64,000 nucleotides of DNA from Macrostomum hystrix (lineage: Eukaryota > Animalia > Platyhelminthes), in NCBI GenBank assembly GCA_950097015.1, contig CATNEN010000039.1, positions 17,360,001 through 17,424,000 of the forward strand, read 5' to 3'. The notes under the pieces were generated by a model, which was not told the origin of the DNA, did not search any database, and worked only from the letters and a program-made list of their open reading frames with translations. Shown here in pieces: positions 11,401-23,948 of this stretch; the first letter of the stretch is position 1; the number at the start of each line of letters is the position of its first letter. A program made the position numbers and the translations under genes.

Positions 11401-14400
11401 GCGAGCATCCATTCTTCGCCGGAGTCGACTGGACGCAGGTCGGGCAACGGAAGTACCCGACGCCGCTGGTGCCACCAAGGGGCGAAGTCAATGCGCACGA
11501 CGCATTCGATATTGGGTCGTTTGACGACGAGGAGACAAAAGGTTTGCTCAGCTTCTCATCCAAGAACCTCCGGGAGTAGATGGTCAAAACTAGGTTTCTT
11601 ACAAAACGAAACTAGCAGCTCGTATGAAAGGACGTGTCTTTGGTCCGACTCAAATCCAAGACAGTCGAAAAAATTTGAGCAGAAGAAAGTGAAATTTCCT
11701 ATGTTCGAAGTGTATTTATCGGTTTAAACCAGCCTCCTAAACTCTTTCTTAGAAACGTAGTTTCCCGTCCTTCGGTTGGGTGAGTGGCAGAGCGTTTAAC
11801 GCGTCCCTGAGCTCGATTCCACGGCGAGGCCACATTTATTTGGGGCGCAGCCGCGGAGAGAAGGCTTGGCGGCTTGTCGCGCAGTTTATGCCCTTGTGTA
11901 CCAACCTCCAAGGCACAGTACAGTGAAAGTGTACACTACCTGACGATTAGAAAGCCAGGGCAGATGTACACTGTGTGAGCTGTGTGAGCGTGTACCTGCG
12001 TAATGTATCTGTGTGCGTGTGTGCTCAGGAGTCGGCGAAATGGGCGGAGTTGCCTCCTCGCTGGCTGCGAGTCTATAGTGTCACCAAATAACGCGCCATT
12101 GCCCGCAGCCTTCCTGCAATGATTATGATTGCTCCCGTCCTTTAAATCCTAGTTATCTTTGCTTTCATTACCATAAACTTGCATTACCTCATTAACTTAA
12201 ACCAAATCCCCAATTGTAATGAAAAGGCTTGCTTGTTCTAGCAAAACTTTCAAACAAAAATCTGAAAATCGAAAACCAGATAAACGCAATAAATCTAGAC
12301 GCTGACGTTGACGCTTATAAGTGTACACTACTACGCAACACCTGTCGCAGGGATCAAGCTGACTGACGTGGACCAACAACTCTATCGCAACTTCTCGTTG
12401 ACCGTGTCAGAGCGATGGCAGCTTGAGGTGGCTGACACCGTCTTCGAGGCAGTCAACCAAGACGAGGACAAGGCCGAGGCGCGCCGAACGAAATGGTTCA
12501 GCGACTCCGCCGATCATCCGTCAACAGCTGGGGCCGACTCTGCCGGCGTTGGGTCCGACTGTATCGTGGAGGGCGAGGTCCTCCGCCTGGGAGGTCACTT
12601 TGTCGGCAGCCAGAAGCGCTACCTGCGGCTGTTCCCGAACCGGCTGGAGATGCACTGCAAGCCAGGCCTGCAGCGGAAGCCGACAGCTGAACTCCTGGGC
12701 ATGTTCGACATTCGCGAGGTCAGCAAGGAGTTCCAGAAGTTTGGCAAATACGAAAACTGCATCCTGATTAGCTTGAAGTCTGACCAGAGAATCTACATCA
12801 CCTGTACCGTGAGATTTGCACTCGGATTATCATAAGATAATTTATTCCAAAGTATTTTCTCTGTAATTAAGTGTTAAAGAACGTTTTGAGCTTCGTTCCA
12901 GGACAGTGAGAGCTGTCAAGGGACAGTGAGAGCTATCAAAGGACAGTGAGAGCTGTCAAGGGACAGTGAGAGCTATCAAAGGACAGTGAGAGCTGTCAAA
13001 GGACAGTGAGAGCTAGCTAACCAGAGGACAGTGAGAGCTAACCAGAGGACAGTGAGAGCTAACCAGAGGACAGTGAGAGCTAACCAGAGGACAGTGAGAG
13101 CTAACCAGAGGACAGTGAGAGCTAACCAGAGGACAGTGAGAGCTAACCAGAGGACAGTGAGAGCTAACCAGAGGACAGTGAGAGCTAACCAGAGGACAGT
13201 GAGAGCTAACCAGAGGACAGTGAGAGCTAACCAGAGGACAGTGAGAGCTAGCTAACCAGAGGACAGTGAGAGCTAGCTAACCAGAGGACAGTGAGAGCTA
13301 ACCAGAGGACAGTGAGAGCTAGCTAACCAGAGGACAGTGAGAGCTAACCAGAGGACAGTGAGAGCTAACCAGAGGACAGTGAGAGCTAACCAGAGGACAG
13401 TGAGAGCTGTCAGAGGACAATGAGAGCTGTCAGAGGACAGTGAGAGCTGTCAGAGGACAATGAGAGCTGTCAGAGGACAGTGAGAGCTAACCAGAGGACA
13501 GTGAGAGCTAACCAGAGGACAGTGAGAGCTAACCAGAGGACAGTGAGAGCTAACCAGAGGACAGTGAGAGCTGTCAGAGGACAATGAGAGCTGTCAGAGG
13601 ACAGTGAGAGCTAACCAGAGGACAGTGAGAGCTAACCAGAGGACAGTGAGAGCTAACCAGAGGACAGTGAGAGCTAACCAGAGGACAGTGAGAGCTAACC
13701 AGAGGACAGTGAGAGCTAACCAGAGGACAGTGAGAGCTAACCAGAGGACAGTGAGAGCTAACCAGAGGACAGTGAGAGCTAACCAGAGGACAGTGAGAGC
13801 TAACCAGAGGACAGTGAGAGCTAACCAGATGACAGTGAGAGCTAACCAGAGGACTGTGAGAGCTAACCAGAGGACAGTGAGAGCTAACCAGAGGACAGTG
13901 AGAGCTAACCAGATGACAGTGAGAGCTAACCAGAGGACAGTGAGAGCTAACCAGAGGACAGTGAGAGCTAACCAGAGGACAGTGAGAGCTAACCAGAGGA
14001 CAGTGAGAGCTAACCAGAGGACAGTGAGAGCTAACCAGAGGACAGTGAGAGCTAACCAGAGGACAGTGAGAGCTAACCAGAGGACAGTGAGAGCTAACCA
14101 GAGGACAGTGAGAGCTAACCAGAGGACAGTGAGAGCTAACCGGAGGAAAGTGAGAGCAGTTTAGATAGTGAGGTTTCCTTCATCACCTGCCATCCACAGG
14201 ACCGCATTCACGCCGAGCAGTGGAAAGAGGAGCTGCTGGCGGCATTTGAGGCCAGTCACACTGTGCTGTCTCGGATGAACCCGAAGGCGCACAAATGGTA
14301 CGGCGCAGACACTTCAGACGCAGGCGCAGCGCACGCTTCAGGCTCTGGAGCTGCCGCAGCCGCTGCAGTGGCACCTGTCGCTTTATCAGAGAGCAGCGGC

Positions 14401-14403
14401 TAA
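5412..14403 (+). CDS. GRK2: G protein-coupled receptor kinase, GRK2/3 (beta-ARK) subfamily; exons 5412-5524, 5643-6096, 6207-6611, 11004-11541, 12351-12808, 14200-14403
   Basis: N-terminus [21 protein letters not shown] is diagnostic. RGS-homology domain, then kinase motifs [24 protein letters not shown]|[39 protein letters not shown] tail [18 protein letters not shown], and a C-terminal PH domain ending with QWKEEL. All splice junctions are GT-AG with consistent phases; stop TAA at 14401-14403. Confidence 0.96.
9170..10105 (+). repeat. Degenerate C/A-rich minisatellite (CCCCTAGACAACAC-like) with an internal ~123-bp duplication, in GRK2 intron 3
   Basis: Recurrent CCCCTAGA/AACACCC motifs; the block starting CATCCCTTCGACAACA recurs at 9297 and 9420. 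Confidence 0.8.
11775..12130 (+). mobile_element. SINE family A, near full-length copy in GRK2 intron 4
   Basis: A-box-like TGGCAGAGCG, B-box-like GCTCGATTCC, shared body and GATT tail. Confidence 0.8.
12899..14160 (+). repeat. 21-bp minisatellite (GGACAGTGAGAGCTAACCAGA)n in GRK2 intron 5
   Basis: About 60 tandem copies, with 20- and 25-bp variants. Confidence 0.97.
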
Positions 14404-15179
14404 TATTACGCAGATACTAAACACCAGAATATTCAATGCATTGACGTCCAATCACAAAGCTATGCATCAAGACGTGTTTAAAATGAATACAGCAGAACAC
14501 AAAGTTGAACCGATGGTACTGGAAGTCGATGGGAATCGTCATTAACAGTGACAGACCACATTATCTTCCCCTTGACCAGGGGGGGGGTTATGCTCTGCAT
14601 AAACCTCTATTGCGAAATACTAACTGGTTATATAATATAGTGGTTAGCAATATAATTAATATATTATCATCAATAATGATAGCTGACGTGGTTACGTCAT
14701 GCAACTTTGGCATGGTTTTTGGCATCAGGCACCTCGACGATTCTTTGTGATTCTGGTAGTTTGTTTCATCGGGTGGAGCAGAAAATTTTAGCCCGTGTTC
14801 TGTATTTTCATGGACATTGCATGGCTGAATCTTTAGGGAGCTCCAGAAAAAAAGGAAAAAACGTGGGTATTTGAAACACTCCCTTGGTCTCGCTACCTGT
14901 TAAAGTACCTGATACCGCTACTTGTTGTTACTAATTTCAAGAAACAGTTCTAAAATTTGTTCAAGAGGGTAGCGTATCGTCTATCCTCTTTGCCCAATAT
15001 ATATTTCTCTGTCTTTGCGTACTTTCATTTTCAATTTTCATAGGCGTCAAGCTTAGTTCTGTTCGCCTCATGGTTGAGCTAAAGCTTGCCGGTTAGCCAA
15101 TTAATAATTATCCCATAGACATCCTTAATTGCCTGTCATTTCCACTCTCTGCACCTGAATATTTCTTTGAATTGCGATT

Positions 15180-15490
15180 TTCTAGATACCCACTAGATTT
15201 TCTATTGATATTGCAGAGATTGTCTATAGATATCGACTAGATTCTCTATCGATATTGCTGAGATTGTCTATAGATATCGACTAGATTCTCTATCGATATT
15301 GCTGAGATTGTCTATAGATATCGACTAGATTCTCTATCGATATTGCAAAGATTGTCTTTAGATCTCCACTATATTCTGTCTCTATAGATTATGCAAATAT
15401 TGTCTATGGATATCTACAAGAAATCAACTAGATTCTCTATAGATATTGCAAAGATTGTCTTTAGATCTCCACTAGATTGTCGCTAGATTT
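15180..15490 (+). repeat. ~44-bp tandem repeat (CTAGATTCTCTATCGATATTGCTGAGATTGTCTATAGATATCGA)
   Basis: Three near-perfect copies plus degenerate flanking copies; internal palindromes ATCGAT and TCTATAGA. Confidence 0.85.
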
Positions 15491-16494
15491 CTGTTAGACA
15501 CTACAAATCAATTTACAAGTATATAATTTTTTCGTTACAAAATGCATTATCTTTCCAAAGTTACTATTTTTTCCATTTTATAAGAAACATGAGCGTATTA
15601 TAACAAAAATATCAAATCGCGTCTTGCGTTACATGACTATGACTATACGAAATTTTGGATTATATGTTATACTTTTCTGCAGTAGCAGAACTTCAACTTT
15701 TATGTGTCCAATGATAATTTGATTCCCGCAATTTCTCATTCCCTATTTTGCTAATGATTGCCTGTATGTATCAGATAATCTGTTGTTCGCTTTTGCCCAA
15801 TATTTGCTAATCGACAATAATTCAACTCGAACTCTAATTAGAATCTGTTAAATAACAACTAGTCGCTCTATGTGGCCTAAAATTCTTACTAAATCATTTT
15901 TCAGAGCATGGCCGACGGGAGCCAAGTGATTGATTAGACATGCAACCTGAAAGACTATTTTTTCAGCTTAGCTAAGACAACAGCTTAACATCAACGAGTT
16001 ATTATGTTTTTATTCAAAGAGAGCACATGTAATCACTTTGTCTTCGTCGTCATTCCACGCAGCACACGATGAATTATTGCCACAGTCTGTGGACAGTGTA
16101 TAGTAATTAGTTAGTTGATGAAAGCAACTTTATAGGTCAGTTCGACTATTTGACGCCATAACTTTTGTCTCCGATCCGGGACATTTCATGTCGACTCTCG
16201 CACACGCCTAGCTGACAATTAAACCTTGTTGGGCTTGCTAAAATATGCTAATATAATTAACACGCTAGCTAAATTTGGGTTCTCTCTCGTCGTCTTTTGA
16301 TTGGTCAGTCTCTCACACCACTGAGCCATGATTCCCTCACCCTCTGCGTACACACGATCCCTCTTATCTCAACGAACCGCCAACCCACCCTCCCTACAGC
16401 TTTAGCCGGAGGGAGTGTACAAATGCAAAGGATCGAAACATGCGAACAAAGGACATCACTCCGCTCCGATGAGAAAAATACTATTCTCTAACTT

Positions 16495-18545
16495 ACCTCA
16501 TCTCTCCCGTGTCTTATCTCTCCAGTGTCTCATCTCTCCCGTGTCTCATCTCTCCCGTGTCTCATCTCTCCCCCAGTCTTATCTCCCCCGTGTCTCATCT
16601 CTTCAGTGTCTCATCTCTCCAGTGTCTCATCTCTCCAGTGTCTCATCTCTCGCGTGTCTCTTCTCCCGTGTCTCATCTCTCCCGTGTCTCATCTCTCCTG
16701 TGTCTCATCTCTCCCGTGTCTCATCTCTCCAGTGTCTCATCTCTCCCGTGTCTCATCTCTCCCGTGTCTCATCTCTCACGTGTCTCATCTCTCCCGTGTC
16801 TCATCTCTCCCGTGTCTCATCTCTCCCGTGTCTCATCTCTCCCGTGTCTCATCTCTCCCGTGTCTCATCTCTCCAGTGTCTCATCTCTCCCGTGTCTCAT
16901 CTCTCCCGTGTCTCATCTCTCCCGTGTCTCATCTCTCCAGTGTCTCATCTCTCCCGTGTCTCATCTCTCCCGTGTCTCATCTCTTCAGTGTCTCATCTCT
17001 CCAGTGTCTCATCTCTCCCGTGTCTCATCTCTCCCGTGTCTCATCTCTCCCGTGTCTCATCTCTCCAGTGTCTCATCTCTCCCGTGTCTCATCTCTCCCG
17101 TGTCTCATCTCTCCCCCAGTCTTATCTCCCCCGTGTCTCATCTCTTCAGTGTCTCATCTCTCCAGTGTCTCATCTCTCCAGTGTCTCATCTCTCGCGTGT
17201 CTCTTCTCCCGTGTCTCATCTCTCCCGTGTCTCATCTCTCCTGTGTCTCATCTCTCCCGTGTCTCATCTCTCCAGTGTCTCATCTCTCCCGTGTCTCATC
17301 TCTCCCGTGTCTCATCTCTCACGTGTCTCATCTCTCCCGTGTCTCATCTCTCCCGTGTCTCATCTCTCCCGTGTCTCATCTCTCCCGTGTCTCATCTCTC
17401 CCGTGTCTCATCTCTCCAGTGTCTCATCTCTCCCGTGTCTCATCTCTCCCGTGTCTCATCTCTCCCGTGTCTCATCTCTCCAGTGTCTCATCTCTCCCGT
17501 GTCTCATCTCTCCCGTGTCTCATCTCTTCAGTGTCTCATCTCTCCAGTGTCTCATCTCTCCCGTGTCTCATCTCTCCCGTGTCTCATCTCTCCCGTGTCT
17601 CATCTCTCCAGTGTCTCATCTCTCCCGTGTCTCATCTCTCCCGTGTCTCATCTCTCCCCCAGTCTTATCTCCCCCGTGTCTCATCTCTTCAGTGTCTCAT
17701 CTCTCCAGTGTCTCATCTCTCCAGTGTCTCATCTCTCGCGTGTCTCTTCTCCCGTGTCTCATCTCTCCCGTGTCTCATCTCTCCTGTGTCTCATCTCTCC
17801 CGTGTCTCATCTCTCCAGTGTCTCATCTCTCCCGTGTCTCATCTCTCCCGTGTCTCATCTCTCACGTGTCTCATCTCTCCCGTGTCTCATCTCTCCCGTG
17901 TCTCATCTCTCCCGTGTCTCATCTCTCCCGTGTCTCATCTCTCCCGTGTCTCATCTCTCCAGTGTCTCATCTCTCCCGTGTCTCATCTCTCCCGTGTCTC
18001 ATCTCTCCCGTGTCTCATCTCTCCAGTGTCTCATCTCTCCCGTGTCTCATCTCTCCCGTGTCTCATCTCTCCCGTGTCTCATCTCTCCAGTGTCTCATCT
18101 CTCCCGTGTCTCATCTCTCCCGTGTCTCATCTCTCCCGTGTCTCATCTCTCCAGTGTCTCATCTCTCCCGTGTCTCATCTCTCCCGTGTCTCATCTCTCC
18201 CCCAGTCTTATCTCCCCCGTGTCTCATCTCTTCAGTGTCTCATCTCTCCAGTGTCTCATCTCTCCAGTGTCTCATCTCTCGCGTGTCTCTTCTCCCGTGT
18301 CTCATCTCTCCCGTGTCTCATCTCTCCTGTGTCTCATCTCTCCCGTGTCTCATCTCTCCAGTGTCTCATCTCTCCCGTGTCTCATCTCTCCCGTGTCTCA
18401 TCTCTCACGTGTCTCATCTCTCCCGTGTCTCATCTCTCCCGTGTCTCATCTCTCCCGTGTCTCATCTCTCCCGTGTCTCATCTCTCCCGTGTCTCATCTC
18501 TCCAGTGTCTCATCTCTCCCGTGTCTCATCTCTCTTTCTCATCTA
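16495..18545 (+). repeat. 16-bp minisatellite (GTGTCTCATCTCTCCC)n with a 543-bp higher-order repeat
   Basis: The variant marker CAGTCTTATC recurs at 16574, 17117, 17660 and 18203. Confidence 0.97.
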
Positions 18546-18844
18546 ATCGCTCTAATGTCAAAGACTGGCAAAGTCTGTCTCACTACTGATAGTTCCTTTT
18601 CAGTAGGGTGTTGCGTATATTTCATAGAGAACTGGAGATTTTCTATGTGCGACAGGATTTGGATATATCAAATTCTAAATAAGCATTTGCACACTCTCTT
18701 AGAATTTTAATATATACTCGTATATGGAAGCCTTGCTGATTGCAATTTCTTTTTTAACCACTTTACTCGCTCCTAGCATTCTTATTGGGAGCTTATTTAC
18801 TAATTCAATGAAATACGAACTTCGTAGACTCCATCCTCCACTTT

Positions 18845-19120
18845 ATCCCCATCTCCCCTCCCCACCCTCATTCCCATCCCATCCCCATCCGCATCCGCAT
18901 CCCCATCCCCATCCCCATCCCCATTCCAATACCCATCCGCATCCGCATCCCCATCCCCATCCCCATCCCCACCCCCATCCCTATCCCCATCCCCATCCCC
19001 ACCCCCACCCCCACCCCCATACCCATCCGCATCCGCATCCCCATCCCCATCCCCACCCCCATTCCCACCCCCATCCACATCCCCATCCCCATCCCCATCC
19101 CCATCCCCATTCCAATCCGC
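18845..19120 (+). repeat. (CCCCAT)n hexamer repeat; G-rich on the minus strand
   Basis: About 40 CCCCAT/CCGCAT/CCCCAC units. Confidence 0.95.
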
Positions 19121-19344
19121 ACCTCTCTTTTCCATATTTACATTTATCCCCTTCTCCCATTCATTCTACTGAATTTCCAGTTACCAAAGTTGCCAATATT
19201 CCCCTAAATTCAGTTATCCTATTTTTTCCTAATTATCTGGTCGGCAGTCCCTATAAATGAGTAAATATGGTAAGGTCATCTCTGACTAACTAGTTTCGAC
19301 AATCTATGGACCTCATAATCATTTTATGATTGTGTTTTGCAGAT

Positions 19345-19555
19345 TGTTCCAGTGGAGTTGAGAATCGAACCCCCGGCCTTCAAGTCGCGAGACCCCCCCT
19401 GGGGGTCAGTCCCCCCTGATTAATCAATTAGTTTCTGTGAGAGAAGGCTTGGTGGCTTGTCGTGCAACTGAAGGCCTTGAGGGCCAACCTCCAAGGCACT
19501 GTGAGAATGTGCGGCGCCAGACAATGAATTGGCCGGGGCATGATGTACACAGACA
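19345..19555. mobile_element. Adjacent SINE fragments: family B head (minus, ~19345-19394) and family A body (plus, ~19436-19555)
   Basis: GTTCCAGTGGAGTTGAGAATCGAACCCCCGGCCTTCAAGTCGCGAG matches 59898-59943. GAGAAGGCTTGGTGGCTTGTCGTGCAA...GGCCAACCTCCAAGGCAC matches family A. Confidence 0.65.
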
Positions 19556-20409
19556 TGCACTGTACATGCAAGCTGCTGGATGGTAGTATGAGGGGCCACT
19601 TCACAGGGGAGAGTGTGAGATGAAGCCAGGTCTAGGATTGATTGACAGCTCTAAGATGAGCTATAGGGCATTGCTGAGACAACAGCCAAGCCTTTTAGTC
19701 GATTTCAGAAAATTACTCTCATATATATAGAGCGATAAAAAAATTTAATGGACTAAAAATTCTGGAGGCTGGAGACCGGTGATGGGGAAGAGCAAGACTG
19801 TACGCTAGAATTTCCTGTCAACTCAAGACAAGAACAGTGGCGCGAATGGCTCTAAAGGGAAGGGTGACAGCTGGGTTGGATCTGGGTTTCGTCGTTGGTT
19901 GCTGGGCTAAATTGATTCAGAAAACACACTGCATGACAGCAAAATACGGTAAAATATCAGCATTGTTTTCCTGCAAAGTAAAGTATTAAAGGTTTCTTAT
20001 TCTTAAGCTCTGGCTAGTTGAGACCTCAGAAAATTAATGAGAGAGAGAGAGAGGGGTGGATGTTGGGAGACGAGAGTACGAACACACGAGTGCGCACTGA
20101 GTCAGTGTTGGCGCCATATTGGAGGTGTGAAATTTGACGCCCCAGCCTATGCCGTCGCAGCAGTTTTGCCAAAGCGAGGCCCTAGTGCAAAATGAGAAAC
20201 GAGAAACAGAGAGAGAAAGAGAGAAGTAATGAAAATTGGATTGCAACAGTTCTTGTTGCCGCCCTGCTGCGCGCATTGACACAGAGCGTGCGCAAGAGGT
20301 TGCGAGGTGGCATATTTTTTTTCTGCTCAATTGCAACTCGACTCACTTGAAAGCAAAGAGAAATGAGCAGGCGCGTCTCATATAGTATTGAATTCGGCGA
20401 AGGGCAGTA

Positions 20410-23400
20410 GACATTAGACTGAATGAGAGTAGACTGAATGAGAGTAGACTGAATGAGAGTAGACTGAATGAGAGTAGACTGAATGAGAGTAGACTGAATG
20501 AGAGTAGACTGAATGAGAGTAGACTGAATGAGAGTAGACTGAATGAGAGTAGACTGAATGAGAGTAGACTGAATGAGAGTAGACTGAGTGAGAGTAGACT
20601 GAATGAGAGTAGACTGAATGAGAGTAGACTGAATGAGAGTAGACGGAATGAGAGTAGACTGAATGAGGGTAGACTGAATGAGAGTAGACTGAATGAGAGT
20701 AGACTGAATGAGAGTAGACTGAATGAGAGTAGACGGAATGAGAGTAGACTGAATGAGAGTAGACGGAATGAGAGTAGACTGAGTGAGGGTAGACTGAATG
20801 AGAGTAGACTGAATGAGAGTAGACTGAATGAGAGTAGACTGATGAGAGTAGACTGATGAGAGTAGACTGAATGAGAGTAGACGGAATGAGAGTAGACTGA
20901 ATGAGAGTAGACTGAATGAGAGTAGACTGAGTGAGGGTAGACTGAATGAGAGTAGACTGAATGAGAGTAGACTGAATGAGAGTAGACTGAATGAGAGTAG
21001 ACTGAGTGAGGGTAGACTGAATGAGAGTAGACTGAATGAGAGTAGACTGAATGAGAGTAGACGGAATGAGAGTAGACTGAATGAGAGTAGACTGAGTGAG
21101 GGTAGACTGAATGAGAGTAGACTGAATGAGAGTAGACTGAATGAGAGTAGACTGATGAGAGTAGACTGATGAGAGTAGACTGAATGAGAGTAGACTGAAT
21201 GAGAGTAGACTGAATGAGAGTAGACTGAATGAGAGTAGACTGAGTGAGGGTAGACTGAATGAGAGTAGACTGAATGAGAGTAGACTGAATGAGAGTAGAC
21301 TGAATGAGAGTAGACTGAATGAGAGTAGACTGAGTGAGGGTAGACTGAATGAGAGTAGACTGAATGAGAGTAGACTGAATGAGAGTAGACTGAATGAGAG
21401 TAGACTGAATGAGAGTAGACTGAATGAGAGTAGACTGAATGAGAGTAGACTGAGTGAGGGTAGACTAAATGAGAGTAGACTGAATGAGAGTAGACTGAAT
21501 GAGAGTAGACTGAATGAGAGTAGACGGAATGAGAGTTGACTGAATGAGAGTAGACTGAATGAGATTAGATTGAATGAGAGTAGACGGAATGAGAGTAGAC
21601 TGATGAGAGTAGACTGAATGAGAGTTGACTGAATGAGATTAGATTGAATGAGAGTAGACGGAATGAGAGTTGACTGAATGAGAGTAGACTGAATGAGAGT
21701 AGACTGAATGAGATTAGATTTAATGAGAGTAGACTGAATGAGAGTAGACTGAATGAGAGTTGACTGAATGAGAGTAGACGGAATGAGAGTTGACTGAATG
21801 AGAGTAGACTGAATGAGATTAGATTGAATGAGAGTAGACTGAATGAGAGTAGACTGAATGAGAGTTGACTGAATGAGAGTAGACGGAATGAGAGTTGACT
21901 GAATGAGAGTAGACTGATGAGAGTAGACTGAATGAGAGTAGACTGAATGAGAGTAGACTGAATGAGAGTAGACTGAATGAGAGTAGACTGAATGAGAGTA
22001 GACTGAGTGAGGGTAGACTGAATGAGAGTAGACTGAATGAGAGTAGACTGAATGAGAGTAGACTGAATGAGAGTAGACTGAATGAGAGTAGACTGAATGA
22101 GAGTAGACGGAATGAGAGTAGACTGAATGAGAGTAGACGGAATGAGAGTAGACTGAATGAGAGTAGACTGAATGAGAGTAGACTGAATGAGAGTAGACTG
22201 AGTGAGGGTAGACTGAATAAGATTAGATTGAATCAGAGTAGACTGAATGAGAGTAGACTGAGTGAGAGTAGACTGAGTGAGGGTAGACTGAATAAGATTA
22301 GATTGAATGAGAGTAGACTGAATGAGAGTAGACTGAGTGAGAGTAGACTGAATGAGAGTAGACTGAATGAGAGTAGACTGAATGAGAGTAGACTGAATGA
22401 GAGTAGACTGAATGAGAGTAGACTGAATGAGAGTAGACTGAATGAGAGTAGACGGAATGAGAGTAGACTGATGAGAGTAGACTGAATGAGAGTTGACTGA
22501 ATGAGATTAGATTGAATGAGAGTAGACGGAATGAGAGTTGACTGAATGAGAGTAGACTGAATGAGAGTAGACTGAATGAGATTAGATTTAATGAGAGTAG
22601 ACTGAATGAGAGTAGACTGAATGAGAGTTGACTGAATGAGAGTAGACGGAATGAGAGTTGACTGAATGAGAGTAGACTGAATGAGATTAGATTGAATGAG
22701 AGTAGACTGAATGAGAGTAGACTGAATGAGAGTTGACTGAATGAGAGTAGACGGAATGAGAGTTGACTGAATGAGAGTAGACTGATGAGAGTAGACTGAA
22801 TGAGAGTAGACTGAATGAGAGTAGACTGAATGAGAGTAGACTGAATGAGAGTAGACTGAATGAGAGTAGACTGAGTGAGGGTAGACTGAATGAGAGTAGA
22901 CTGAATGAGAGTAGACTGAATGAGAGTAGACTGAATGAGAGTAGACTGAATGAGAGTAGACTGAATGAGAGTAGACGGAATGAGAGTAGACTGAATGAGA
23001 GTAGACGGAATGAGAGTAGACTGAATGAGAGTAGACTGAATGAGAGTAGACTGAATGAGAGTAGACTGAGTGAGGGTAGACTGAATAAGATTAGATTGAA
23101 TCAGAGTAGACTGAATGAGAGTAGACTGAGTGAGAGTAGACTGAGTGAGGGTAGACTGAATAAGATTAGATTGAATGAGAGTAGACTGAATGAGAGTAGA
23201 CTGAGTGAGAGTAGACTGAATGACAGTAGACTGAATGAGAGTAGACTGAATGAGAGTAGACTGAATGAGAGTAGACTGAATGAGAGTAGACTGAATGAGA
23301 GTAGACTGAATGAGAGTTGACTGAATGAGAGTAGACTGAATGAGAGTAGACTGAATGAGAGTAGACTGAATGAGAGTAGACTGAATGAGAGTAGACTGAA

Positions 23401-23948
23401 TGAGAGTAGACTGAATGAGAGTAGACTGAATGAGAGTAGACTGAATGAGAGTCGACTGTATGAGAGTAGACTGAATGAGAGTAGACGGAATGAGAGTAGA
23501 CTGAATGAGAGTAGACTGAATGAGAGTAGACTGATGAGAGTAGACGGAATGAGAGTAGACTGAATGAGAGTAGACTGAATGAAAGTAGACGGAATGAGAG
23601 TAGACTGAATGAGAGTAGACGGAATGAGAGTAGACTGAATGAGAGTAGACTGAATGAGAGTAGACTGAATGAGAGTAGACTGAATGAGAGTAGACTGAAT
23701 GAGAGTAGACTGAATGAGAGTAGACTGAATGAGAGTAGACTGAATGAGAGTAGACTGAATGAGAGTAGACTGAGTGAGGGTAGACTGAATGAGAGTAGAC
23801 TGAATGAGAGTAGACTGAATGAGAGTAGACTGAATGAGAGTAGACTGATGAGAGTAGACTGATGAGAGTAGACTGATGAGAGTAGACTGATGAGAGTAGA
23901 CTGAATAAGATTAGATTGAATGAGAGTAGACGGAATGAGAGTAGAGAG
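20410..23948 (+). repeat. 15-bp minisatellite (AGACTGAATGAGAGT)n with an ~868-bp higher-order duplication
   Basis: About 235 copies. Variant blocks AGATTAGATTTAATG recur at 21711 and 22579, and GACTGAATAAGATTAGATTGAATCAG at 22211 and 23079. Confidence 0.97.

Noticed and set aside
13031-14164. (RANQRTV)n ORFs
   Set aside because: This is a 21-bp repeat inside GRK2 intron 5, and the flanking exons splice in phase without it.
14575-14890. Possible MITE bounded by GACCAGGGGG / CTCCCTTGGTC
   Set aside because: The inverted match is short and imperfect, and no TSD is present.
16415-18710. ORFs of 670-730 aa in all three plus frames
   Set aside because: They are translations of a stop-free 16-bp minisatellite, with the same peptide in every frame.
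18724-19260. His-Pro repeat protein with a hydrophobic N-terminus
   Set aside because: It is explained by the (CCCCAT)n repeat, and there is no other evidence of a gene.
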